A DNA stretch of 64,000 nucleotides from Octopus vulgaris (Eukaryota): positions 37,572,001-37,636,000 of the forward strand of contig OX597833.1 of assembly GCA_951406725.2 (NCBI GenBank). Direction: 5' to 3'. Within the stretch, counting starts at the first letter, position 1. Each line of letters starts with the position of its first letter. Of this stretch, positions 43,520 to 57,469 are shown one piece after another. The notes below the pieces were generated by a model that saw nothing but the letters and a program-made list of their open reading frames with translations, was not told the origin of the DNA and did no database searches. The position numbers were made by a program, and so were the translations under genes.

Positions 43520-44620
43520 TGGGGTGTATATTAACTGACACCCAAATAGAAATTCTAAGTAAGGGACTGAAGTTTACACCCACACCACAAAGACCAAACT
43601 TCCTTGAACTGAAAAATGACATTGCAAAATTCTGCCGAAAACTCTGGCTGGCTGAACACTCCACCAACAACTCTAATGATGAGGACGAGTCACCAGCCAG
43701 CAACAAAAGCAACTTTTACCCAAATAAAGGGTTAAATAAAGCACTAGACACCTACTGTGAATACATTATGAACTTCCCCTTTTCAAAAATTGAACATAGA
43801 AATACTAAATCAAAGTTTACAAAGCATGAATGGAAGAACCTACAGGACTTACAATAAGATACAGATGCAACTATCAAAGAAGTAAATAAAGGGAGCATTG
43901 TCATTATCATGGACACAAATTACTATAAAGACCTAGCACTCACAATGCTAGAGGACAACAACTACAAAGAATAAAAAATAATGGAAAACCTCACAACTCT
44001 TTTAAAGAAGTATAACAAAGGCTTAACCAGCAAAGAAATTGACTACGTAGGCTATTTCAAATGCAAAACAAGCAACTTTTATGGTTTACCAATATCTAAA
44101 ATTGAGATCAACCATAGCATGCTTGGTATGTGAAACACACAGACTCAACAACTTCTTGGACATCTTCCTAAAACCCTCCCTAAAACATATACAGAGCTAC
44201 GTACAAGATGACCTAGACATGCTAAATCATCTGCCAAAAACGGTAAGTAGACATACAATTTTTACTTCATTCGATGTTGTCAACCTATACACTAACATTC
44301 TCCATGATTATAGAATAACTACAATACAATACTGGTTAGACACTCACCAATCTGAACTTCCAGCATGCATAGAAAAGGAACTTATCATTGATGGGCTCAG
44401 ATTTATACTTGAAAACAACTTTTTTACTTTCAATGGTTCAGATTACTGCTAAACACATCAGGAACAGCAATGGGTATGAAAGTATCCTCTACAAACACCA
44501 ACTTAGTCATGGGATTTCATGAACAAAAAATTTACAACTAATCTTTTCTAATATTTGGTCACACATTCCATACACAACTCAGAAACAGTTAGTAAAAATA
44601 CCTGGATGATTGCTTTATCT
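43520..44620 (+). mobile_element. Penelope-like element ORF (N-terminus plus RT), pseudogenised
   Basis: LSKGLKFTPTP, IKEVNKGSIVIIMD (DKG motif), TSFDVVNLYTNI, LENNFFTFN, GTAMG and KYLDDCFI in order. Confidence 0.9.
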
Positions 44621-44904
44621 TCATCATCATTTAACGTTGATTGTCCATGCTGGTATGGGTTGGACGGTTTGAGTGGGCTGGCATGCTGGAAGGCTGCACC
44701 AGGATCCAGTCTCATTTGGCATAGTTTTTACAGTTGGATGTCCTTCCTAACACCAACCATTCCATGAGTGTAATGAGTGCTTTTACGTGCCACCAGCATG
44801 GGTGTCATTTGCATGACACCAATATCTGCTATGACAGCAATTTTGCTCAGCTTGATGGTCTTCTTCTCAAGCATGACATAATACCAAAGGTCTTGGTCAT
44901 TGCC

Positions 44905-45255
44905 TTCATGAGGCCCAACAGTCAAAGGGAGTGCAGCCACTTGCCTCCATGAGGCCCAACACTTGAAAGGAACTCAGCCACCCCACATCCGTGAGGCCCA
45001 TTCAAAAGGAACTCAGCCACCTCACCTTCATAAGGCCCAACACTCAAAAGGAACTCAACTACTTTTCTTCCATGAGGCCCAGGAGCTCAGCTACTTTGCC
45101 TCCATGAGCCCCAATGCTTGAAAGGAACTCAGCTACCTTGCTTCCATGGGTCCCAACACTCGAAAGGAACTCAGCCACCTCACCTCCATGAGGCCCAACA
45201 CTTGAAAGGAACTCCTTCACCTTGCCTCCATGAGGTACAACATTCAAAAGGAACT
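44905..45255. repeat. Minisatellite of about 41 bp, 8-9 diverged units
   Basis: Unit approximately catgaggcccaacacttgaaaggaactcagccacctcacctc. Confidence 0.9.
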
Positions 45256-46473
45256 ATATATATATATATATATATATAAAGTTAATCCAAACAAGAAAGC
45301 ACAAAAAAACACAACAACGCGAGGATGTGGAACAAATATAGTATTATTGGACGTTCAGGAAAGAAGGAGGGTTTAATGTTTCGAGCAGAGCTCTTCGTCG
45401 GAAACATAGGAGAAGGAAAGATCCAGAGAAGGGAAGACAGAGGGAAAAAAATCGCCAATGGTATGCGCGAGGTCATATACACACACACATACACACACAC
45501 ACACATACATACATACAGAAACTGTCCAAAGCCTAATCTAAGAAGCTCTACTTTAAAATATTACAAAGACAAACTTAACTGTCAATGTTCAACTGGGACT
45601 TCAACTTTCTAACTTCATCACACAGGTATTTCTAATGTGAATGTGAATTTTGAACTTTCAGACTTTACAGTTTTAAGGAACTGAATTTAAATGACACTCA
45701 CCAGAACACCACCACCCTCTGTAACCTTTGTCCTGTTGCCAAACTCTTGACATTTCTTAAGTGTTATTGTCTTGATAATGTCATAACTGAGACACTAAGA
45801 GAAGGTCCTTTCTATTGCTTAGCAATCCATTTATCCTTTATCTTACATACACTCACTCTCTGTACTTCTTTTCTCCTTCCTTTTGTAGAACTATCAGTAA
45901 AATTACATAAACACACACACACACACACACACAAACACACACACTGTGTTTATGTTAGTGTGTGCACATGTGTGTATTTGCGTATGTATAAGTTTATGAG
46001 GTTGTGCATGTGTAAGAATATGTGTAGAATTATCAGATTACGTATATATCTGTTATGTGAAAAGTGTGTGTGTGTGTGTGTGTGAAAGAGAGAGAGAGAC
46101 AGACAGACAGACAGATAGACAGACAGAGGGCTGTAGTTATAAGGTCATCCCTGGTGTTACATTGTTGTAAACATCTAAGTATTTTACTTTTCAGTTGTTA
46201 AGTGTGTGAGCAACTATGAATATGTATCAGTCGCTGTGTGTGTATATGTGTGAGAATGTGTGTGTGTATGTGTTATCTATCAATGTCTCTCAGCTAACTT
46301 TATTCATGAGTGAAAGAAGTAATAATAATCTATGGCAGATAAATGACAAGAGTGTCATTGCTCTTAGTAGACCACCCCTGAAGGTTCCACTCAGCCTAAA
46401 ACTGCACCTCATTATAAAAGAGTTGCTGTTTTTAAAACACACCACTTCTCTCATTCCAACTACCACCACCACT

Positions 46474-46506
<33 letters not shown>

Positions 46507-47170
46507 TTGTGCAGCTATAGAAATTTGCAGATTCATTCAACCCGTGTTATTATAGAAAACAACTACAAGAATATCAAATATATGTGTATATTTATATACA
46601 TACATATACACATATATTTATCTATGGATAAGAGTGGATGATGTACTTAATTGTATTGACTCATATATCGTTGATATTTATTTATAGAACCTAAAATAAT
46701 GACTTCAAATTTTGGCACAAGACCAGTAATTTCAGGGGAGGAGGCTAGTCAATTACTTCAACCCCTGTGTGCAACTGGTACTTATTTTACCAACCCCGAA
46801 AAGATTAAAGGCAAAGTCGACCTCTGTGGAAAAAATTAATCTGTCATGAGTAACAAGTGAAGTCTAAAATTTCAAAAAGAACACATCATTTGAGATATAG
46901 TGGTAAATACATACATACATATATATCATCATCATCATCATCATCGTTTAACGTCCGTTTTCCATGCTAGCATGGGTTGGACGGTTCAACTGGGGTCTGG
47001 GAAGCCAGAAGGCTGCGCCAGGCCCAATCTGATCTGGCAGTGTTTCTACAGCTGGATGCCCTTCCTAACGCCAACCACTCTGAGAGTGTAGTGGGTGCTT
47101 TTTATGTGCCATCTGCACAGGTGCCAGACGGAGGCTGGCAAATGGCCACGATCAGATGGTGCTTTTTACG

Positions 47171-47261
<91 letters not shown>

Positions 47262-47319
47262 TACATGACTACATGTATATATACATTTCGCTTAGGCATT
47301 GTGAGACTAATAACTTGGT

Positions 47320-48240
47320 GTAGAACTCAATATACATAAGCTTCCGAATGAAGCATTAGTCGAGTACAAAGTGGTAATATGCAAATGTCTGGCAAACAGT
47401 TTGACCAGGAAGAATAAATACTCTGTGGACAATTTCTTTTGCATTGATGAAATATATCAGCATCGTCTTGACATTGGACTTCATTTGACACGTTTTTGTG
47501 GGTTATGGTGACATTGAATGCTTCCATGGACTTGATTGCTGTGTTGTTTCCAGCTCATAGCCATAGCACCAGCTTTCATCACCAGTGATGTCCTTTGAAA
47601 AAATCTCTGGATCAACTTCCAACTGTTCTTTTAGTTCACAACACGCATTCAGTTGTGACTGCTTTTGATCTTCCATGTGCAAGTGAGGCACCAATTCTGC
47701 TGTAACTCTTTTCATTCGCAATTCCTCGCTCAAAATTCATAGACAGGAGCTCCAGGGCACACCAATTATGTCAACAAGTTCATCAATTGTTTGGCAATGG
47801 TCCTCCCAAATCAGTTTATGAGTTTTTGTTTGGGAGGCCGATGGTCACCCTGAATGAAGTTAGTCTTCAAGCAACAAGTGACAATTCCTAAAGAGTGAAA
47901 ACCACTCATAATCTTGTATTTTGCTTATGGCAGCGTCCTTGTAAGCTGTTTGAGGTTTGACAACTGTTTCAGTTGCTGTTTTCCCTGTCAGAAGACAGAT
48001 TTTCACAGAAGCATGCTGTTCCTTCATTTCAGCCATCGCAAAAATCGACCAGCAGTGGAGAAGCACTACAAAACAAAGATGCATCACATGGCAATATGAC
48101 CCCACACAACAACGCTAGTCAGCAGACTGATACCTCAGGGTTGCATCAAGTGGCTTCTAGTGGTGGAAGCCTGAACTAGGTACAAATGGCTTGTCCCACA
48201 GAGAATATTTTCCACTTACTTTTGAGTACCCCATCCCATA
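47320..48240 (-). mobile_element. mariner transposon fossil
   Basis: EQHASVKIC..GKTATET..YEWFSLF, LVPHL and ITGDESWCYGY motifs. Confidence 0.9.
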
Positions 48241-48675
48241 TATAGTTTAGAAATTCACTTCATAACAAAGTACTTTTTGGTTCAACCCAACTGTGTAGCA
48301 ACATGGTCAAGAATCTTCTATTATATTCCAGATTAACCAATGCATTGTGAGTGAATTTGGATCAATGGAAATTGTGCAGAAGCCTGTTTTATGTATGTGT
48401 GTGTGTGTGTGTGTGTGTATGCATATGTGTATGTATATATTTTTATGTGTATGTATGCATTTGTCATTGTAGTTGTCTCTTACTGTTTGTCAAAGGTAAT
48501 TGCTTACATCTCAATAACTAAGGAGTTCAGCAAAAAGAGTCAGATACAATAAGTATCAGACCTAAAAATAAGTAACAGAATTGATTTGATCAATTAAACA
48601 TTTCAAAGCATTGCCCCAACATGGTATCACAGCTCAATGATTGAAAAACAAGAATGTGTGTGTGCATGTCTGAGA

Positions 48676-48722
<47 letters not shown>

Positions 48723-49684
48723 ACATCATCATCATCATTTAACGTCCACTTTCCATGCTAACATGGGTTGGATGATTTGACTGAGGACTGGCAAACCAGA
48801 TGGCTGCACCAGACTCCAATCTGATCTGGCAGAGTTTCTACAGCTGGATGCCCTTCCTAATGCCAACCACTCCAAGAGTGTAGTTGGAGCTTTTATGTGC
48901 TACCAGCACGGGGGGCCAGTAAGGCGATGCTGGTAATGGTCACACTCGAATGGGAGATAGGATAAGTGAGGAAAAAAACAGGAGGGGGAGATATAAACAA
49001 AACAAAAAATGGAACAAGAATGTAGTTAGACGATACAAAAAAGGACAGGAAAAAAACAAGGTCAGGTCAATCAGAGCAACCAAATTACTTTCATCATCAT
49101 CATCATTACTATCACCATCATCATTGTCATCACAACATTTAATGTCCATTTTCTGTGCCAATGTGGGTTGGACAGTTTGATAGGATCACAAGCCAGAGGG
49201 CTGTGCCAAGCTCTGCTGTCTGCATTAGCATGGTCTCTATGGCTGGGTGTCCTTCCTAACACCAACCACTTTACAGAGTGTACTGAGTGTTTTTTACGTG
49301 GCACAAACACTTACAAGGTCACCAAGTAACTTGCAAGAGAAAGATTCCTCAACTGAGAAGGAGAATGATATTGATGGAGGTGGTTTTGTGCCAGTTGACA
49401 ACCAGGTGAAGTACAATAGAGGGATAGAAACACACACACAAACACGCAGATAGATAGATAGATAGATAGATAGAGACAGACAGACAGACAGATATAGACA
49501 TATACATATATACACACATACATACACACATATATACTCACACATATACATAGAGACACACACATATACATACACATGTGTACAGACTGCCTCAAACAGT
49601 TCTGATTAATCCATGCTAGCACAGAAAATAATGATTTTGGTGGTTATGATAAAATGTAAATGTGTGTGAGTGTGTGTGTGTGTA

Positions 49685-49751
<67 letters not shown>

Positions 49752-49862
49752 ATGTGTGAATGTATGCATGCACAGGCATACAGTCCATTCATATATAGAC
49801 ACATCACTTTAAACATTTCATCTCTCTGCAAATGTTAGAAATCTCTTCCTCACAACAGATAA

Positions 49863-50210
49863 ATGTGAAGGCACATGGCTCAGTGGTTAGAGCGTTGAGC
49901 TTACGATCATGAGGTTGTGAGCTCGAATCCCGGTCCGGGCTACGTGTTGTGTTCTTGAGCAAAGCACTTTATTTTTCACGTTGCTCCAGTTCACTCAGCT
50001 GTAGAAATGAGTTGCGACGTCACTGGTGCCAAGCTGTATCGACCTTTGTCTTTCCCTAGGATAACACTGGTGGCGTGGAGAGGAGAGGCTGGTACGCATG
50101 GGCGACTGCTGGTCTTCCATAAACAACCTTGCCCGGACTTGTGTCTAGGAGGGTAACTTTCTAGGTGCAATCCCATGGTCATTCATGACCGAAGGGGGTC
50201 TTTACCCTTT
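49863..50210 (+). mobile_element. tRNA-derived SINE family 3 with 11-bp TSD
   Basis: TGGCTCAGTGG and GCTCGAATCCC boxes; acaacagataa at 49852 and 50211. Confidence 0.85.
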
Positions 50211-50559
50211 ACAACAGATAACTATTCCACTTTGTGTCTTGTACTTTAATTTTTGCTGATGCAGACCATCACTAGTTTCCACATATCCTATGGTTTTATT
50301 TTGATACTTAGTACCAAAATCTCCAATTTCTGCCATTCTTCTGACTTAGAATGACTTCTTTACTGAACTTTATGCAAAGTACATCCAACATTTTTTTAAT
50401 AACTTCTATTTTTTTCAGTGGTAGAGGAAAGATATTTCAAAGAGACCTGATGTGTATATTATGTAATAATGAATTGTGGGGACCAGACAAATGACCTCAC
50501 AGTGGCATTTTCTTTTATGAGAGTTAGGCCCTGGTATAAAGGAGCTGTCAAAGCCTCAC

Positions 50560-50760
50560 TGTAATAGTGGGGATTCACAGTATCATCTAAAGAGTTAACT
50601 ATGGTAACATTGGTCTTAAAGGTAATCTTAAGATCAAGGGAACTAAGTGTGTGAATTACATCTTCCCTAAGCATATCTAGGGTGTGCCCATTTGTGCTTC
50701 TAGAGATGGTTAAAGCTTCATTTCCATATAGACCAAAATGGACTGACTAGCAATAACCAA
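50560..50760 (-). mobile_element. Penelope-like RT remnant
   Basis: LDLKITFKTNVTIVNSLDDTVN. Confidence 0.45.
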
Positions 50761-51007
50761 CAACTACATAATGTGTATGTGTGTGTGTGTGCGTGTGTGC
50801 ATGTGTGTGTACATGCATGCGTGCGCGTGTGTATATAGGAAGAGTGTGACAAATATACAGACAGAGAGAGATTATTTAGCTATTCAGATATCTAAACAAA
50901 AGATTAACACTTCTAAGAAGTAGTACTTGAGAGATATATTTCAGAGTGGCAGGTGAAATAGGGAGGGTAACATTGAATACAGTGTGTATGGGTGTGTGTG
51001 CATGTGC

Positions 51008-51040
<33 letters not shown>

Positions 51041-51041
51041 T

Positions 51042-51095
<54 letters not shown>

Positions 51096-51242
51096 GCAAT
51101 TTAAAATATCTGGGAATCAAATATATATTTCTTCAATAGTTTACATGAGATTCGATAAAAACTAGATATGTAACCCTTGATCTTATATTACAAATTTTGT
51201 AAATCATTGCCTCATATCTGATGTCAGCATGAGTATGCTTGT

Positions 51243-51277
<35 letters not shown>

Positions 51278-52289
51278 AATAATAGAGGGAGTGGAGGTGG
51301 GGTGATGGTAGTCGTGAAAGTCATACAGAGGTGTTTAACCCAAGGTACATATTCATGCAGCAGAGATCAAATGTATGTCCCTATCACACCTTTTATTGAA
51401 GCATAGTACACATAGGACAATAATATTGATTTCAAACACCACAAAGCATTTTTTCTGATGCTCAAACGATTCTGCAGCCTTTGTGGTTTGTGATTTAGGC
51501 ACAAGACTAGAAATTTTAAAGGAGATGAGGTTAGTAAGTTACATTGACTCCAAATTTCTAATACTTTAGTCTGTCAGCCCTGAAAGGATAAAAAGCAATG
51601 TTCACTAGAACAAGATTTGAACTCAGAATGTAAAGAGGTAGAAGAAATACCATAAGGGCTGACCAAAACCATGTGAGTGGATTTGGTAGATGGAAAAAGC
51701 CCATTGTATATATATTTCTTTACTGCCCACAAGGGGCTAAACATAGAGGGGACAAACAAGGACAGACAAAGGGAGTAAGTCGATTATATCGACCCCAGTG
51801 CGAAACTGGTACTTTTTTTATCGACCCTGAAAGGATGAAAGGTAAAGTCAACCTCGGCGGAATTTGATCTCAGAACGTAACGACAGACGAAATACCTCTA
51901 AGCATTTCGCCCGGCGCGCTAACGTTTCTGCCGGCTCGCCGCCTATTGTATATATATTGTGTGTGTGTGTGTGTGTGTGTGTGCACGTGTGTATGTGTGT
52001 GTGTATGCATTTGTGTGTCTGTGTTTGTCCCCACCCCTCATCATTATCATTAATAAGGCAGTGAGCTTGCAGAAACATTAGCACATTGGGTAAAACGCTT
52101 AGCAGCATTTTGTCCATCCTTACATTCTGAATTCAAATTTCACTGAGGTTGACTTTGCCTTTCATCCTTTCGAGGTCAATGAAATACATACCAGTTACAC
52201 ACTGGCATTGCTGTAATCAACTAGCCCCCTCCCCCAAAATTTCAGTCCTTGTGCCTTTAGTAGAAAGGATTTTGAACACTAAAGTTAAT

Positions 52290-52682
52290 TGGCTGTGTGG
52301 TAAGTAGCTTGCTAACCAACCACATGGTTCCGGGTTCAGTCCCACTGCGTGGCATCTTGGGCAAGTGTCTTCTGCTATAGCCACGGGCCGACCAATGCCT
52401 TGTGAGTGGATTTGGTAGATGGAAACTGAAAGAAGCCTGTCGTATATATGTATGTATATATATATATATATGTATGTGTGTGTTTGTGTGTCTGTGTTTG
52501 TCCCCCTAGCATTGCTTGACAACTGATGCTGGTGTGTTTACGTCCCCGTCACTTGGTTCGGCAAAAGACACCGATAGAATAAGTACTGGGCTTACAAAGA
52601 ATAAGTCCCGGGGTCGATTTGCTCGACTAAAGGCGGTGCTCCAGCATGGCCGCAGTCAAATGACTGAAACAAGTAAAAGAGT
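52290..52682 (+). mobile_element. SINE family 1 copy
   Basis: Consensus match. Confidence 0.9.
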
Positions 52683-52751
52683 AATTGACTCATCCCCTTC
52701 CCAAAAATTGCTGCCCTTGTGGCAAAATTTGAAACCATTATTATTATCATA

Positions 52752-52797
<46 letters not shown>

Positions 52798-54283
52798 GGC
52801 AGTAAGCTAGCAGAAGCATTAGTACATTGGACGAACTGCTTAGCAGCATTTCTTCTGTTTCTTTACATTCTGAGTTCAAATGCCACCAAAGTTGGCTTTA
52901 GGTTGATAAAATATAAAATATAAGTTCCAATTGCTGGCCTTGTGCCAAAATCTGAACCATCATTATTATTATTAATGCAGCAAAATGGCAAAACTGTTAG
53001 ATCATTTGGAAAAACTGCTTTGTAGTATTTCGTCTGGCTCCTTACATTCTGAGTTCAAATCCTGCTGGGGTGAACTATACCTTTCATCGTTTAGATAAAA
53101 TAAAGCACCGATCAAATGCTAGGGCTGATGTAATCAACTAGCTCCCTCCCAAAAAATTTCAGGCCTTGTGTCTATAGTGGAAATAATGATTATTATTATT
53201 ACTTAACAGCATTTTGTCTGGCTCTTCAAATTCTGCCAAGGTTGACTTTGCCTTTCTTCCTTTCAGGGTTGATAAAATAAGTGCAAGTTGAGCACTTGGT
53301 GGGGGGGGGGGTTTGATGTAATCAACTTACTCTAACCCCCACCTAAAATTGCTAGCCTTGAACCAAAATTTGAAACATCATTATTAGGGTGGTGAGCCAG
53401 AAGAATTGATAGAAAATCAGAATAAATGTTTTATGGTATTGTTCTGATTCCTTATATTCCAATTTCAAATCTTGCTATAGTCAACTTTGTCTTCATCCTT
53501 TCAGAATTGATAAAATAAAGTATCAGTCACCAGTCAAGTATGGGCGTCAATGATATTGAGTAAACCCATCCCGTCAAAACTGCTGCCTTTGTACCTAAAT
53601 CAGAAACCAGCAGCAAGCTGGCAGAATTGTTAGTACACCACACAAAATGCTTAGTGGGACTGACCCTTAACCGTTTCCAAGTAAGGCAATATTTCTCCTT
53701 GACTAGACATGTTTTCATGGAAAATTGGAAATGAAGGGCACCATACAACTATCACACAATTTTACAAGGAGACAAAATTACACACTCACATGCACACACA
53801 TGCACAAATACCATGATGATATTTTGGCTCATTGATTGATGAGGAAAGCTCAGCTGTGAATATTCTATGTATTGTGTCTTTGTCTATTTTCCCCGTCTGT
53901 TAAGTTTTCATCTAGCTTCCTATTTGCTCTGCTTTCATCTAACTTTTTCTCCTTGTTGTGTTCTGTCTGTTCAACCCTTGATATGTGCGGCAAGAAGCTT
54001 GCTTCCCAACCGCATGGTCCTGGGTTCAGTCCCACTGTATGATACCTTGGGTAAGTGTCTTCAACTATAGCCTCGGGCCAACCAAAACCATGTGCATGGA
54101 TTTGGTTAAAGGAAACTGAAAGAAACCTGTTGTATATGTGTGTGTGTGTGTGTGTGTGCTTGTTCCCCACCACTGTTTGACAACCGATACTAAAGTATTG
54201 GGGTCAATTCATTCAACTAAAAATTCTTCAAGGCGATGCCCCAACATGGCCACAGTCTGACTGGAACAAGTAAAAGAGTAAAA

Positions 54284-54326
<43 letters not shown>

Positions 54327-54350
54327 AAATTAGAGAATCGAATAGATAAA

Positions 54351-54445
54351 ATCCAGGCTACATATGTTTCATAGCTAGCAGAACCTCAGGAGTAGTAATT
54401 ATCCAAACAAGGGGTAATCCACTAGCTACTCATTGGGCCAAAGAT
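54351..54445 (-). ncRNA. Decayed minimal type I hammerhead motif
   Basis: Minus strand reads ggc-CCAATGA-gtagctag...ctagctat-GAAA-catat-GTA-gcc; core G5 appears mutated. Confidence 0.55.
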
Positions 54446-54707
54446 AGCTTAATCAAAAGAAGTTAGCACATTGGGTAAAACGCTACATGTTAACTTACAA
54501 AGATAGCAAACCCTGCTGCTAACCATAAGCTATAAGACATTTTTTTCAGCTTATCAAACTTCAATTAAGGAAAAATTTACAACCTTCTACGTCAATAAAG
54601 CACTATAGTTCCTGAAAGTTGTTTTTTAGACGTTCTACAGACTGCTAGAAGTGTACTGCCTTCTTACACCTTGATCCTTGGATCTTACCTTTACACATAC
54701 TCCCACT

Positions 54708-54752
<45 letters not shown>

Positions 54753-55570
54753 TCCCACTCACACACACGCAAACACACACATACACATAAACACACACAA
54801 TGCGCATATACATATGATGGATCTCTTTCAGTTTCTGTTGATCAGATCCTCTCACAAGACTTTGGTTATAGTAGAAGATGCTTGGCCAATGTGCCATACA
54901 ATGGGACAGAATCCAAGAAAGTTTCTCAACCACAGAGCCACTCCTGGATAAACACTACCATTCTTTCCCCCCCACCCTATAGACTCTGCTGACTCATAAA
55001 ATGAGGCACATCCACATCCATTCTTTGCCTTCATTTTCAAACAGTATGACATGCCCAACTTGTGCCTTTTATTTAATAAAGGAATGGGAGAGAAAATTTC
55101 ATATTAAATGATTATGCAAAAATGCTCTCCTCATTAGAAAACAATAGTTAAGTTAATGTCAACATACTTAAAACAAGGAGCATCTAAAAGGTAATTAGAA
55201 GTATTTAAGTGGTGAGGAAATGTAGATAACATCCTACAGTAATTTATCCTTTAAACAATTCCAATTCTCCATGTCACTTGTATATATCCTCATAAATCTA
55301 CTTCTTAATTCTCCTTTCACTATTGTGGCAAGTACAATGAAATTTATGATGACCTCACTGATGGGGCCATTATAAGACCAATACTTGCTGACATAATTAC
55401 AGAAATATGTGTAATTATGTGGTAAGAAGCTTGCTTCCCAACCACATGGTTCCGAGTTCAGTTCCACTGTGTGGCACCTTGGGCAAGTGTCTTCTACTAT
55501 AGCCTCAGGCCAACCGAAATCTTGTGAGTGGATTTGGTAGATGGAAACTGAAAGAAGCCTGTCGTATATT

Positions 55571-56586
55571 TCTATACATATAAAACTGAGAATGTGTGTC
55601 TGTCTGTCTGTGTGTTTCCCTAAAACTTGAGAACTACACAACCAATTTCATGCAAATTTTACACATGCTTTACTTAGGGTCCGGGGAGTGTCATTGGTAA
55701 TTTTTAACTTTTTGCCTAGGGCAAGCCCACAGCAATATCATATCTTCTCCACTATTTCAGTATTACGTGTTAAAAGTGAAACAAAAACATTTCTCTATTT
55801 TAAGTCAGATACTTTCACTTTAACAATAAAAATAATAATAAAAATTGAATTATATGTAGTAAGTAATAATTAAAATCAAACTAAAGTATAATATAATCGT
55901 AACATAACAAAAGTAAAAATAGAAATTGGTATAAAATTGCATCAATGACTTGAACTTGAATAAATGATTTCACATGAATGGGAATAAATTAAAAATAAAA
56001 TTAGCGTGCAGAAATGGAATAGTCCAGATGGATAATAAAAAATTAAATTAAAGAAAAGACTATTGTCTATAAAGTATACAATGTAGAGAAAAAAGATTTG
56101 AACACCTGGAGGAAAGCACCATCGAAAAGTGTCTTGATGTAACTATGAAAGATATCTAACCAGAGGCGGTAAATTCGCCACAATAGAAGCAAGATTCGAG
56201 TCAAAGGAGTGTGCAAGGGAGTACTTGACTCGAACTTGCAAAGTGGAAATATTTTATTTTTACCTTTATATCTGGGACGTAGGACGTGCCGGATAAAAAC
56301 TAAAAATCCCCCCCCCCAAGTTGAGGTAGGCTGGATTGTAGCCACACTTCTATACAAGAGGGAGGACAAGATACAATTGATCGAAATTGCAAGAGACGAG
56401 CTTACAATTCCAGTGTGTTATATATTTTGAGTATTGTTATCACTATCGATATCAAGATATAACTTTGTATTTTGTATTTTATGTGTAGATGTATATATAT
56501 AGATGTACATGTAATATGTACACATATATATACACATATATACATGCACTAGCACTATGACCCGGCAACGACGGGTCATAATGCTA

Positions 56587-56587
<1 letters not shown>
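55571..56587 (+). mobile_element. Non-autonomous Helitron
   Basis: 5' TCTATACATATAAAA; 3' hairpin atgacccg/cgggtcat followed by CTAG|T. Confidence 0.75.
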
Positions 56588-56623
<36 letters not shown>

Positions 56624-56921
56624 AAAAATGGTAAATAATTTTCCTGTGGTTTATCATGTAACCAACAATTATTTACCGGTAAATTTCGGTATGTAAATAC
56701 GACAAATTAATTGTCAAGACCTTTGTAAGGTTCAGTATATAGTAAAGAAAAAATAAGAAGGTTAACAGCAGGCTGTTTCACCTCATACCGAAGGAATTAG
56801 AAATGGCAGTCAAAGACCGTTTTTCCAATTTCTATAAGTGGAGAATCCAAAAACGAAGGCCCTTACGGCTCACATACACAAAACCGGAGTGGCAAATATA
56901 CGAATTCAATCACTTACCGTT

Positions 56922-56988
56922 AATAGCGGACATATGTTTCTGGATCGCAAACGTGGAAAACAGTTTGAATTCCGTCATCGGCGCTATA
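56922..56988 (-). ncRNA. Minimal type I hammerhead ribozyme, copy 1
   Basis: Reverse complement of 57844-57910. Confidence 0.75.
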
Positions 56989-57469
56989 TTCGATAGTTTT
57001 ACTAAATGCCACTAGCCCTCACTTCTGACCCAGCGACATCAGATAGTGGGGGAAAGGTGCAGATGTTAAAACTAAGTGGCGACTGGGAACGTAAATTTTC
57101 CCTCCAAAATTCTGCCATGCGCGCTTTCTGGGTAATCGTAATGGAATGAGGAATCCACATGGTAATTCAATAAAAATGGTAAATAATTTTCCTGTGGTTT
57201 ATCATGTAACCAACAATTATTTACCGGTAAATTTCGGTATGTAAATACGACAAATTAATTGTCAAGACCTTTGTAAGGTTCAGTATATAGTAAAGAAAAA
57301 ATAAGAAGGTTAACAGCAGGCTGTTTCACCTCATACCGAAGGAATTAGAAATGGCAGTCAAAGACCGTTTTTCCAATTTCTATAAGTGGAGAATCCAAAA
57401 ACGAAGGCCCTTACGGCTCACATACACAAAACCGGAGTGGCAAATATACGAATTCAATCACTTACCGTT

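Noticed and set aside
44905-45255. CRISPR-like regular repeats
   Set aside because: No unique spacers, eukaryotic context; an ordinary minisatellite.
56803-57015. 70-aa ORF MAVKDRFSNF... repeated three times
   Set aside because: Repetition only reflects the 548-bp unit. It is antisense to the ribozyme, broken by a stop in the second unit, and has no recognisable motif.
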